From a virus (Duplodnaviria > Caudoviricetes), in the IMG/VR virus record IMGVR_UViG_3300007510_000006, positions 1 through 59,372 of that record: 59,372 bases of DNA; one strand, written 5' to 3'. Of the stretch, positions 1-8,978 are shown piece by piece (the stretch's first letter is position 1; each line of letters begins with the position of its first letter). The translations under genes and the position numbers were made by a program. The notes beneath the pieces are model-generated. The model worked only from the letters and a program-made list of their open reading frames with translations. It searched no databases and was not told where the DNA came from.

Positions 1-2991
1 ATTCTTTAGATTGATGAAGTCCTTGTAGTATGCCGTATTGAAGCTCTGGTTGAGGAAGTAGGCTTCAAGAGGTTCAAACCTAGATTCGTGGGTAATTCCT
101 CGCGAATCCTCTACTTGTATATGAAGATAGGCTCCTATTATATTAGGATCAGGATCAACGGTAAACTGTACGATATATTCCTTATCTACATCAATCTCTT
201 GCCATGTGGCCCAGTCGGAGTTCAAGACATAGTTTTCTTGAATATATTCAGGAGTATAATAGAAGTCGTCATTAAATGAGTCTGTTGGATAGTTGGTTCG
301 GTACCAATCATAGATACTCACTCCCTGAGTCGGAACAGTCGTGTGTTCATAGTCGGCCTCATCTATTAAAGAAAAGGGGGTGTGGACATCGATGCCCTTA
401 TACTTGAGAAGCATGAACCTAACTTTAGCTCCTGACTCTCTCCAATCCCTTAACATAGATGGAGTAATATCTTTGTTTAACCGAACTGAAATATAATTCT
501 GTGTTGCACTATCACCGGGAGATAGAGGTATCTCTGTCCCAGAAGCAGTCACGTATGTTGTGGCAGACGGAGACAGCCTGACGAACAAAGGGTCCGCAGT
601 AACATTCAACTCAGGAGGTTCGTTATCGTAGACAACAGAGAAGGAGGCTTCTAGAGTTTCCTCTGTGTCGGTGATAGCCTCTAGGTCTATTAACAACTCA
701 TCAGATTCCGTAAATATGTGTGGATACGGATCAGTAATGTCCAGCCACGAGAACGGAACAAATCCAGCATCGAGCATCGTCTGTGCATCTAATACCCAAG
801 AAGTGCTTGCAAACCCATTACTGGCATTATAGGACGCAGGTGGAATAACAGCCGACTGTGGGCTTTGGTAGGGTATTCCATAAATATTTGAACTGCCTGT
901 ATGTGATATTCTTAGCGTTGGTGGGGCCAACAAGACGGATGAGGAGGCGCACGTAATGGTTAGAGGGGCGTTGACGCTAAAGTAGTTCTCGTATGATATT
1001 TCTAGGGGCGGTCTAGGTAGTGTATTTGCTGTTGCTATAAGCTCATCGGTAAAGTTGCTGTAGATCATCGACTTAGAAAAGTGGCTTAGTTTGTAAGAAT
1101 AATCAACTCCATGTTCTAATAATAAAGGCATACTAGGCAGCAAGGAAACTCCGCCTATTAACCAGAATCTATAGTATTGCTGAACGTAATCAGGATCGCC
1201 ATTAACTGGTGTTATGGTTTCTTTGTCTACTATAGGAGTATTTATATTCATTAAGACATCGATGTTTTGTATTACAAACTCTTCTGTCTCACCTGAATCA
1301 ACGATAAGAGTGGTCATGTCTTCTGCTAATATAGTAAACTCGTTGGTCGCCCAATTTAGATTACTGGCTAGGCCATCCTGACCTGGGGATAATGTCCCCA
1401 AAGATGCCCAAGAAGTCTTCTCCGCAATTATGTTAGTTCCCTTTGAGTAGTGTAGTCTGTAGTAACAAGGAGGGGTCGGATTAGAAAGTTCCTCAGTTCC
1501 GGACCACGAATTAGACTCTCCGTTTGCAAAAGTTCCAGAGAAGATTAAATTAGAATGAATCTTTAGTACGTAATTCGATCTTCCTGTAATAGGTACTGAG
1601 TCCAAGGCCAAAGAAGCAGACGCTCGGGTAGCTTGAAAGTCATCAAGGACTGCTGCGTTTCTGTATATTCCAAATATAGCTGTGGCGTCGGGGCATTGTG
1701 GAACAGCATTCAATAAGTCTTGTAAGGAGTCTACGCCCATTGCCGTCAAGGGAGTCGATGCGCCTATCGGCAGATCAAAGGTTCCGGTCCCTAGAGAATA
1801 AGGAAGTATATTTTCGTCCTCTTCTTGACGTATGGGATAAATAAACATGGAGTCATAACACTCATCGGTCCATAGGTACTGAGCGCCGATCCTCCACTCA
1901 AAATCATAATCTCTATTGCCTCCTCCATCGGCGGCATAAGAAAAATTATCATAGTTACCTGTAGTCGGATATAAGGCTGTAGTATCAAGATATCCAGAGG
2001 CGAATTGTGTTCCCCACGGCTTATTTTGATAGCTTACACTAGCATTTGGAATTACTAATATATCTGGAGTATACCAAAAATCCCCGTTAATAGAGTGGTT
2101 AAATAAATCTGCATTATGAAGATACTCATTAGTTCCTTGATAGGTAAACCCTATGCGCTTGTATACATTTTCATCCTCACGCTTCGAGAAGACCGCTGTT
2201 CCTAAAACATTAAATGCGGTGCTTGTGCTAGTGCTCCAAGTAATCAGATTTCCCTCTTCTTTAGCTAATATGGCGGGGTTCTGAGGAGGATCTGGTTTCG
2301 TAAATACCTGAGAAGATGCGTAGTTGGCAAGAGGGGTTCTGAATTCCACATATCTATTGTAAGAATCCTCACCAATTTGTACTTCTCTTCTGTCATACAA
2401 ATAGATAGTAACAGAGTTGACTGTTCCTTTTTGAAGTGGTATCACGGTGGTTATGATCTGTCCTATACTTACCTCTTCTACTAGTAGCGTTCCATTGAAG
2501 TAGATGGCTACTTTCATGCCTAAGCTAGCGGTCACGGACAGAGGTAAGCGGCCTGACGAGGCAGCAGTAAAGTTGGAAGAAAACACGGCGTTTAAGTGCT
2601 GGTACTCGTTGATTGTCGTTGAGTCTAGTGAGCTTGAAGGAATCCAATTATAAATTAACTTCCCCTGAGGGCCATCGACTTCGATAACATCTGCTTCTGG
2701 GTTATCATTTTCTTGCATAGTGGTAGCAAGATAATCAGAAATTATCCATGATCCTAAATGGAGATTTCCATCTTCCGAAAACAATTCAGGGCGGGATTTG
2801 ATATACCACAGACCATTCCATGTTAGCTTATCTAAATGATAAGCAGGGATCTCTGGTAGTGTTTCTTCGAATATTGGTACATCAGATAGCCTGTGATCAT
2901 CGATTTTTACGAGATCACCTGAGTCTAATTTCCTGTCAATCTGACGCTCAACTTGTCGTCGCTGACTCTCATTAAGTCTTTCGTTAGACAT
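1..2991 (-). CDS. Large tail-associated protein, >997 aa, truncated by the left window edge; FN3-like segment
   Basis: Absent from the ORF track because it has no stop in the window. Manual translation from ATG at 2991 (MSNERLNESQRRQVERQ...) stays open to base 1 (...AYYKDFINLKN). GGAG lies 5 nt upstream. PDPPQNPAILAKEEGNLITWS looks FN3-like. Follows the tail hub gene. Confidence 0.8.
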   Translation of the reverse strand, partial: MSNERLNESQRRQVERQIDRKLDSGDLVKIDDHRLSDVPIFEETLPEIPAYHLDKLTWNGLWYIKSRPELFSEDGNLHLGSWIISDYLATTMQENDNPEADVIEVDGPQGKLIYNWIPSSSLDSTTINEYQHLNAVFSSNFTAASSGRLPLSVTASLGMKVAIYFNGTLLVEEVSIGQIITTVIPLQKGTVNSVTIYLYDRREVQIGEDSYNRYVEFRTPLANYASSQVFTKPDPPQNPAILAKEEGNLITWSTSTSTAFNVLGTAVFSKREDENVYKRIGFTYQGTNEYLHNADLFNHSINGDFWYTPDILVIPNASVSYQNKPWGTQFASGYLDTTALYPTTGNYDNFSYAADGGGNRDYDFEWRIGAQYLWTDECYDSMFIYPIRQEEDENILPYSLGTGTFDLPIGASTPLTAMGVDSLQDLLNAVPQCPDATAIFGIYRNAAVLDDFQATRASASLALDSVPITGRSNYVLKIHSNLIFSGTFANGESNSWSGTEELSNPTPPCYYRLHYSKGTNIIAEKTSWASLGTLSPGQDGLASNLNWATNEFTILAEDMTTLIVDSGETEEFVIQNIDVLMNINTPIVDKETITPVNGDPDYVQQYYRFWLIGGVSLLPSMPLLLEHGVDYSYKLSHFSKSMIYSNFTDELIATANTLPRPPLEISYENYFSVNAPLTITCASSSVLLAPPTLRISHTGSSNIYGIPYQSPQSAVIPPASYNASNGFASTSWVLDAQTMLDAGFVPFSWLDITDPYPHIFTESDELLIDLEAITDTEETLEASFSVVYDNEPPELNVTADPLFVRLSPSATTYVTASGTEIPLSPGDSATQNYISVRLNKDITPSMLRDWRESGAKVRFMLLKYKGIDVHTPFSLIDEADYEHTTVPTQGVSIYDWYRTNYPTDSFNDDFYYTPEYIQENYVLNSDWATWQEIDVDKEYIVQFTVDPDPNIIGAYLHIQVEDSRGITHESRFEPLEAYFLNQSFNTAYYKDFINLKN

Positions 2992-2993
2992 GC

Positions 2994-5900
2994 CTACTCC
3001 CTAGTAAAATTAGCTTCATCAAAGCAAGTTCCATCATAATCACCGAATACATTTATCTTGTTATCGTCCTCGTCTAGCGGTCCATACAGTGCGAATAATC
3101 TTTCGTTTCCCATAAGAATTTCTGGATAATGATGGGACATGAACTCATCCGAGCCTGTATGAGTGTCTAGTAACCATCGTTTAGATGCTCTACTCAGTGT
3201 CTCGTATCTATACATATCCGTCCAGAATCTTTGAAAACCAGTATGATAATTCGTATCATTAACTTCGGTTTCCTCTTCAGAAGATTCGTAGACATCTCCG
3301 TGTGTATGCCCGTAAACATGGTCAAGATTTGTTTTGTATTTTGAAGCGACTGATAGCGGATTATATACGGAGTTAAATCCGAAGTGAATTGCACCGTAAG
3401 ACTGTGTGTACAAGGTCTGTCTCGGTACACCATCACCACTCTGGGCATCATATGTTGCTTGATATGGCAGAGATGTTAAGGTGTAGCCTCTATGGTCACA
3501 GTAATAATCAGCGGCATTGGTGGCCGGATCTCCGTCAACTTGATCACTGGCAAACCAAACATCAGAATGATTAGGAGTCGAATCATTGTGAGGAACATGC
3601 GCTCTGCCTAAAATAGCTGAGGGCCATCTATTATAATATGTATTTATGTGCGCTGACGGAGTATCTGCATCTTCAAACACTTCAGTATTAACTCCGTCAT
3701 ATGAGTGTTCCAGTTCGTTATCAAACGCTGTCTCCAATAGTTCGTTGTGAGTAGTCAGCGGACCAGATTGTAGTATCGTATAAACCCTACCTCCCTCGTC
3801 AACTACAGACATATAGAGGAATAACTTTATTGAATTGAAGATGAACGTAGAGGTGGAATCGGCCATCATAACTGGTAGAGTAAAATACGTCTGCGAAAAA
3901 CCAGCCTGATAGCTTCGAGAGAAGTGTCCCCCAGAGAATACTGTCTGATATCCTCTGGGATCAGTACTAGAATTATTTGGGTCCAACATATCATCAGAAG
4001 TCAGTTCCGTTACTTTCTCCCTAGTTGCCATATCGTGGAGAGTGTCTAATAATGAACGTCTGGGTGTTCTGCCTTTGGAGCCGATCTGCCTGTCTGATAC
4101 ACTGCGAACTCTCTGTAAAAGAATGTCGTTTTCAGTCCAATGTTGCGGCGTATTATTAAAACCACCATACTCGGTCTTGGACCACACGGGATGGAAACAG
4201 TACCTATCGTCAAGCGGTAAATTACAGTCATAGGCTAAACGAGTGAACAGGGGCGTGAATGTACTGCTCCCTCTTTTGAGATCAATGACAGCGCAGTTTC
4301 TGAGATCATCAATGGGTGCTAAGAGATTTACTGTGCTATCATATCTCTTCCATCCTGAACTTGGAAAAGGTGTTGTTCCTAATGTTAGGTCGTGTACATT
4401 ATGTGCAATATCTGGGTCAATGCCCTCCGGAGCTTCTTGGCCAGATTTTATAAAGTCAATAATCCGTGGATCTCCTGAATAAGTCCAAGAGTGGATCCAT
4501 CCAAAATTCTCATCATAAGAAGGATCAGTCGTATAACCAGGTATAAAGGGTCTAAAATTATTCTCAAACTCATAGAAATCTGAGGCTTCGTGCCCATCTT
4601 CAACGGGGCGCAGCCTACTGATTTCCATCCTTGCTCCGCGAACTCTAGCCACCACGCCTGTCTGGTAGAATAAGAAAGCAGAATTAATCCCAAATCGAGA
4701 GTTTACTCTCTCTCCTTCGCTATCACTGACAGTTAGGTACACACCGAACTTGTGGTCCTCTTCGGGGTAAACGTTAACTACTTTCGAATAACTGTGTAAG
4801 TGAGGATGGTTGCTCCATAAACGTTTGCCGAGGTTAGGAACTTCACCATTGTCATTTCGATATCCAGGTCTCATATGACTATGATGTATATATCCAGTCT
4901 CTGGTCCTATGTAGTCGTACACAGGATTATCTACTTGGTCATGGCCCCAAATATGGGTTCTTTCTTCTTCACCTGTATAATAGTTTCCGACAAACTGATC
5001 ATCTAATGCGTAGTGTCGTCTTTCTGTAGAGTCGTATAGCAACCTAGTAAACCCAAAGTTTACATTGAATCTTGGGGGTATCTGGAATGTATGGATAAAA
5101 TATGGGTGCCCTGGCTCGAAGTAAGAGAAGTCCGAAGATAGTCTATTTGTTCCCCACCAATATGTCTGAGGATACTGCTGTGAGTCAGATGCTGCTACAA
5201 AGACATGTCTAATTTTTAGAGGGAAAAGAACTGTGGCTCGTCTATTCCTGCGTGGCCATTCTTGCGGACCTACTGTTCCTCCTGTAGTATCAAAGGCAGG
5301 AGTGGCGAAGTATCCATAGCCATTCGGGCCATCCTCAATCAGCGACCCATATTCTTCGCTATCTGTGTCAGGAGTGTGGTATCGAGATTGATTGGTCCAT
5401 TTATTATAGCTCTGGTCAAACTTTTCAAATATCCCATCCCAAGTAATTGAGTAATTCCCTGGTTCGTCTGGCTGGCTTTCTTTATTTAGGTAGATCACGG
5501 CAACTAGGCGGCCTCTGAAATCAGGATTCTCAACTAAGAACTGGGTACTGTCTATGTCGCCAAAAGTCTCCCCATTATAGGGATCTTTCGGCCAAGCCGT
5601 GGTATCAAAATTGTCATACAAACCTGTATCCCATACTTCTAAATATTGGAATCCTCTTTCTAAAAGGGTCCAAGAAAACTCGACGGGCGTTCCGCTGCCA
5701 CGGCCAGCATATGGATCAAAGTGAATTCTATTTTCAAAGTCAGCTGCGCCGTGGTTTCCAGGATCGTTACCTCCGAAGTATGAGTCACCAAACTCTCCGT
5801 CGCCATATTGACCAGATACGAGTGTCCCTGTTGATGTGAATGAACCTGTATAGTTGAACTTTTCAAAGGCTACGAAATTGTCTCCAGTATCAAGTAAGTC

Positions 5901-8402
5901 TAAGGGATCTCCTGACTTAACAAAACTAGGTAGCGGAGATCTTGGTGTAGTCTCTACACTGCTTGTGTACGTTCCTTTTGCAAGAGTCTCAGAAAAACCA
6001 GTAACCCATAAAGTTTTGTCGGATGTAATTAGTTTTGTTTTCTCGTCATTGATTGTAACAGGATCAAAGATTTCTAGATATGGGTCTCCTGGGCCGCCGA
6101 AGTTAGCGGTGATAGCATTCGTTCTGTATCTTTCTAATGTATGCCAAGCGAGCCAGTCTGCTCTGTCTTGTTGGGTAATCTTAGGTTCCTTAATTATTAC
6201 GCGAACAGGGCGACCACGATAATATTTATAGGTCGGATCAATCTGAGATCTTATATCCACTGCTTTCGAGAACACAGTTGCCTTGGGGATATGCGATGGG
6301 ATATTATTCAAGTCTGGATCTGAACCAGTTAGCTGGTAGTCACCTACTACAATTACTTCATTTATCATATCAGACGAATTATTAACCACATCCAGCCGCC
6401 CAATAAAGTTTGTAGTGCTGTATGATCTTACTGGGCTATTATAGTTAATTATGTAGCTTCTTATTCCATCGATATATACATCAAAACTCTGTGCTGTAAT
6501 TCGGATTTCATGCTCTCCGTAATCCAAGGATAGGGGAGTTGAAATAACAGAAGAATTAACCCCTGTTCTGGGATCTATGCCGTCTCTAACATGCCAGTCA
6601 TAATCTGAATGAAGGGAATAAGATCCTCCAATGTGGGTTTGTATTTCTCCATCCATAATGATCGATGTTACTGGATTCCAATCTCCCCATGAGTCATCAG
6701 AGAATGTCCGGTATTCAATCTTTATTGATCCAGCGGAGTGTTCGCGGTGCGCTATGATTTCGAATCTCTTACCCGTGAAATTATAAATAGCTATCTCATC
6801 AGGAGTTAAATAGTTATAAACAAACTCTGAAGCCCCGTTATTAAACAGAGTTGTTCCTTGAGTACTATCAGATGAGGAGATATAAGTATAGTAGTTGATG
6901 GCTGATAAATAGGGGACACCGGAAGATGAGAATAAGAACCTAAACCCATAGTTCTTAGAGATCTCATTTATAATATCATTAACTGAATCAGTGCCGAATT
7001 TGAATTCCCAGAGAGGCTTATACTCGTCAGGCCAAACAAAGTCTGTGCCGAAAAGCGCGTAGCTATCTCTGGCGTCAAGAAGCAGGTCTTGGCAATCTAT
7101 TGATGATTGAGTTGTTGGGACAATAGATCCATCGACATTAATGTCTTTGTGTTTGTAGAAAACCAGTGTAGGGTCTATACCGGAGATCATCAACAGGGTT
7201 TGTACAGTTTCCTTTACATACCAGCGATCAAAGATTCTGGGTTTTATTAAACCATCAGGACCTTCAGTGCTCCTGGATAAATACCCGTTATAATAATACA
7301 TTATATTGTTGGGATAGTTTAAATTAGGGGAGTTAATGAGCTTGTTTTTAAAATCATGACATGAGAAAGTAGCTGTCGCCCCGTACTCATCTCTTGTCAC
7401 TTTAATATCGCTGGTGATGTTACCTATAAATCTAGTAATGAAATCATCGTCAGAAGCCATTGAACCATAAGAACTGGTGGAATAGCCAAATTCAAACTTG
7501 ACTAGCATGTCCTTCTTAATTGGACCGTACTGGTCAAACGTTTCATTGTAACTGTTTGCGTGCGTACTGTCTGACAATCTAACGGCAAAGGCGTACTCTG
7601 CTGATTCCGTTTGTCGTCGATTGCCTGACATGGAGCTAACAGACAAGACCGTAGTAGGTTCGATGAAATAATCATTCTCGGTTGCTTTTGTTGGAAGTGG
7701 GTTGCAAGATCCAGCAGCAAAGGGTAGATAGTCGCTAGAGAACGATGTTCCATCTGAATCGGGTTCTTGATAAGATAGCGAAATGCAGTTTTCTATTTTT
7801 GTTTTATTCCAATAATTAAGACGGAACATATAGAACTCGCCTGCAGTAAGCGACACAGTGACCGTGTGTTCAATGGAATCAGCACCGGTCACGCCAACAG
7901 GACGTGTCCAAGTATCTACTAGTAAATTATCAGGATACTCCATGTCAAACGCCGAACGGTCTGCGTCATCTGTAGAGGCAAAGGCGTGGTTAGTATCAAT
8001 ATCAAAATAGAATTTAATTCCACCAGATCCTGCGACTTTAAATGTATACGTGCCTGTATATCTAGCATAGAAGTATCCTTCGTAGGCTGTTGCAAAATAT
8101 GTTCCCGAGATAGCTGAAGCAACCCCGTTCTCCCAATCCTCTAAAACAATATGTGTTCTGGGACCAGTAGCGGTTGTTGCATTTAGTATTGGCTTATCAA
8201 GGGAGTCATCTGATAGCTCGTCTTGGTACGGATCATAAAGAGAGGGCGCGGAAGTAGGTTCCGATCCTAAATCATAAATTCTATACACAATTCCATTTGA
8301 CGGAACTGTAAATTTTGTTTGGTACAAAAAAACACGACCGATTGGAATCTGATGTTCATCGAATGGTTTCTGCAAACGAGTATCATTTGTTTCAACAATC
8401 AT
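2994..8402 (-). CDS. Tail tip/baseplate hub (Tal-like) protein with PA14 and FlgD-Ig-like domains, 1802 aa
   Basis: PA14-like YEGYFYARYTGTYTFKVAGSGGIKFYFD...SLTAGEFYMFRLNY; hub-like FIGNI...TFSCHD, NEVIVVG, GDPYLEIFDPVTIND...WVTGFSE; FlgD-like GRLVAVI...PGNYSITWDG; position downstream of tape measure. Confidence 0.65.
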   Translation of the reverse strand: MIVETNDTRLQKPFDEHQIPIGRVFLYQTKFTVPSNGIVYRIYDLGSEPTSAPSLYDPYQDELSDDSLDKPILNATTATGPRTHIVLEDWENGVASAISGTYFATAYEGYFYARYTGTYTFKVAGSGGIKFYFDIDTNHAFASTDDADRSAFDMEYPDNLLVDTWTRPVGVTGADSIEHTVTVSLTAGEFYMFRLNYWNKTKIENCISLSYQEPDSDGTSFSSDYLPFAAGSCNPLPTKATENDYFIEPTTVLSVSSMSGNRRQTESAEYAFAVRLSDSTHANSYNETFDQYGPIKKDMLVKFEFGYSTSSYGSMASDDDFITRFIGNITSDIKVTRDEYGATATFSCHDFKNKLINSPNLNYPNNIMYYYNGYLSRSTEGPDGLIKPRIFDRWYVKETVQTLLMISGIDPTLVFYKHKDINVDGSIVPTTQSSIDCQDLLLDARDSYALFGTDFVWPDEYKPLWEFKFGTDSVNDIINEISKNYGFRFLFSSSGVPYLSAINYYTYISSSDSTQGTTLFNNGASEFVYNYLTPDEIAIYNFTGKRFEIIAHREHSAGSIKIEYRTFSDDSWGDWNPVTSIIMDGEIQTHIGGSYSLHSDYDWHVRDGIDPRTGVNSSVISTPLSLDYGEHEIRITAQSFDVYIDGIRSYIINYNSPVRSYSTTNFIGRLDVVNNSSDMINEVIVVGDYQLTGSDPDLNNIPSHIPKATVFSKAVDIRSQIDPTYKYYRGRPVRVIIKEPKITQQDRADWLAWHTLERYRTNAITANFGGPGDPYLEIFDPVTINDEKTKLITSDKTLWVTGFSETLAKGTYTSSVETTPRSPLPSFVKSGDPLDLLDTGDNFVAFEKFNYTGSFTSTGTLVSGQYGDGEFGDSYFGGNDPGNHGAADFENRIHFDPYAGRGSGTPVEFSWTLLERGFQYLEVWDTGLYDNFDTTAWPKDPYNGETFGDIDSTQFLVENPDFRGRLVAVIYLNKESQPDEPGNYSITWDGIFEKFDQSYNKWTNQSRYHTPDTDSEEYGSLIEDGPNGYGYFATPAFDTTGGTVGPQEWPRRNRRATVLFPLKIRHVFVAASDSQQYPQTYWWGTNRLSSDFSYFEPGHPYFIHTFQIPPRFNVNFGFTRLLYDSTERRHYALDDQFVGNYYTGEEERTHIWGHDQVDNPVYDYIGPETGYIHHSHMRPGYRNDNGEVPNLGKRLWSNHPHLHSYSKVVNVYPEEDHKFGVYLTVSDSEGERVNSRFGINSAFLFYQTGVVARVRGARMEISRLRPVEDGHEASDFYEFENNFRPFIPGYTTDPSYDENFGWIHSWTYSGDPRIIDFIKSGQEAPEGIDPDIAHNVHDLTLGTTPFPSSGWKRYDSTVNLLAPIDDLRNCAVIDLKRGSSTFTPLFTRLAYDCNLPLDDRYCFHPVWSKTEYGGFNNTPQHWTENDILLQRVRSVSDRQIGSKGRTPRRSLLDTLHDMATREKVTELTSDDMLDPNNSSTDPRGYQTVFSGGHFSRSYQAGFSQTYFTLPVMMADSTSTFIFNSIKLFLYMSVVDEGGRVYTILQSGPLTTHNELLETAFDNELEHSYDGVNTEVFEDADTPSAHINTYYNRWPSAILGRAHVPHNDSTPNHSDVWFASDQVDGDPATNAADYYCDHRGYTLTSLPYQATYDAQSGDGVPRQTLYTQSYGAIHFGFNSVYNPLSVASKYKTNLDHVYGHTHGDVYESSEEETEVNDTNYHTGFQRFWTDMYRYETLSRASKRWLLDTHTGSDEFMSHHYPEILMGNERLFALYGPLDEDDNKINVFGDYDGTCFDEANFTRE

Positions 8403-8417
8403 ATCCTATTCCTTTAA

Positions 8418-8978
8418 TTAAGCATCACTCTGTTTTAGTAGGTAAATCCCAGATGGCGTATACTTTAGCTCCACATGGTTGAAATAAGGAGGTGCTGCGG
8501 TAGCGAATCCATCGATATTGACAGCATCTATTCTTATCAATTGTAAAACCCAGAAGGGGTCTTTAGGGTCTGATGCATTATACGCTCGTGAATATCCTCT
8601 ATCATCTAAGAAATACTTCGTCCCGCTTAGATGATATTCTCTTGATTTTAATTCAAAGAACTGAGGATAAGAACTACCGGTCATTGTAATGCCATATTCC
8701 ACATCAAAATATTTGAATTTTGCTATGTTCCTCCATCCCATTGATCGTTGATTATAATCAAATAGGGGATGCTCTACTATTGTTCCCTCTGTCTCAAATA
8801 GAGAATCTACTTGCTTGATCTTTTTAATGCCGAATCCTGTGTACTCTATGGGGTTAATGGTAAACTGCGACCATGAATCCAGATCGGGGACATAGTTCCC
8901 GTGGACATCCGTTGTAACATCGTACAAAATAAAACGATGCGTAGTGTCATTGGCATGAACGGCAGTTCCATATCCCAT
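8418..8978 (-). CDS. Distal tail (Dit-like) protein
   Basis: 186 aa directly before the hub gene; FTINPIEY...RSMGW pattern; resembles the C-terminus of the upstream 1313-aa protein. Confidence 0.5.
   Translation of the reverse strand: MGYGTAVHANDTTHRFILYDVTTDVHGNYVPDLDSWSQFTINPIEYTGFGIKKIKQVDSLFETEGTIVEHPLFDYNQRSMGWRNIAKFKYFDVEYGITMTGSSYPQFFELKSREYHLSGTKYFLDDRGYSRAYNASDPKDPFWVLQLIRIDAVNIDGFATAAPPYFNHVELKYTPSGIYLLKQSDA

Noticed and set aside
1-2993. Non-coding region or ncRNA suggested by the empty ORF track
   Set aside because: It is one minus-strand ORF lacking a stop inside the window
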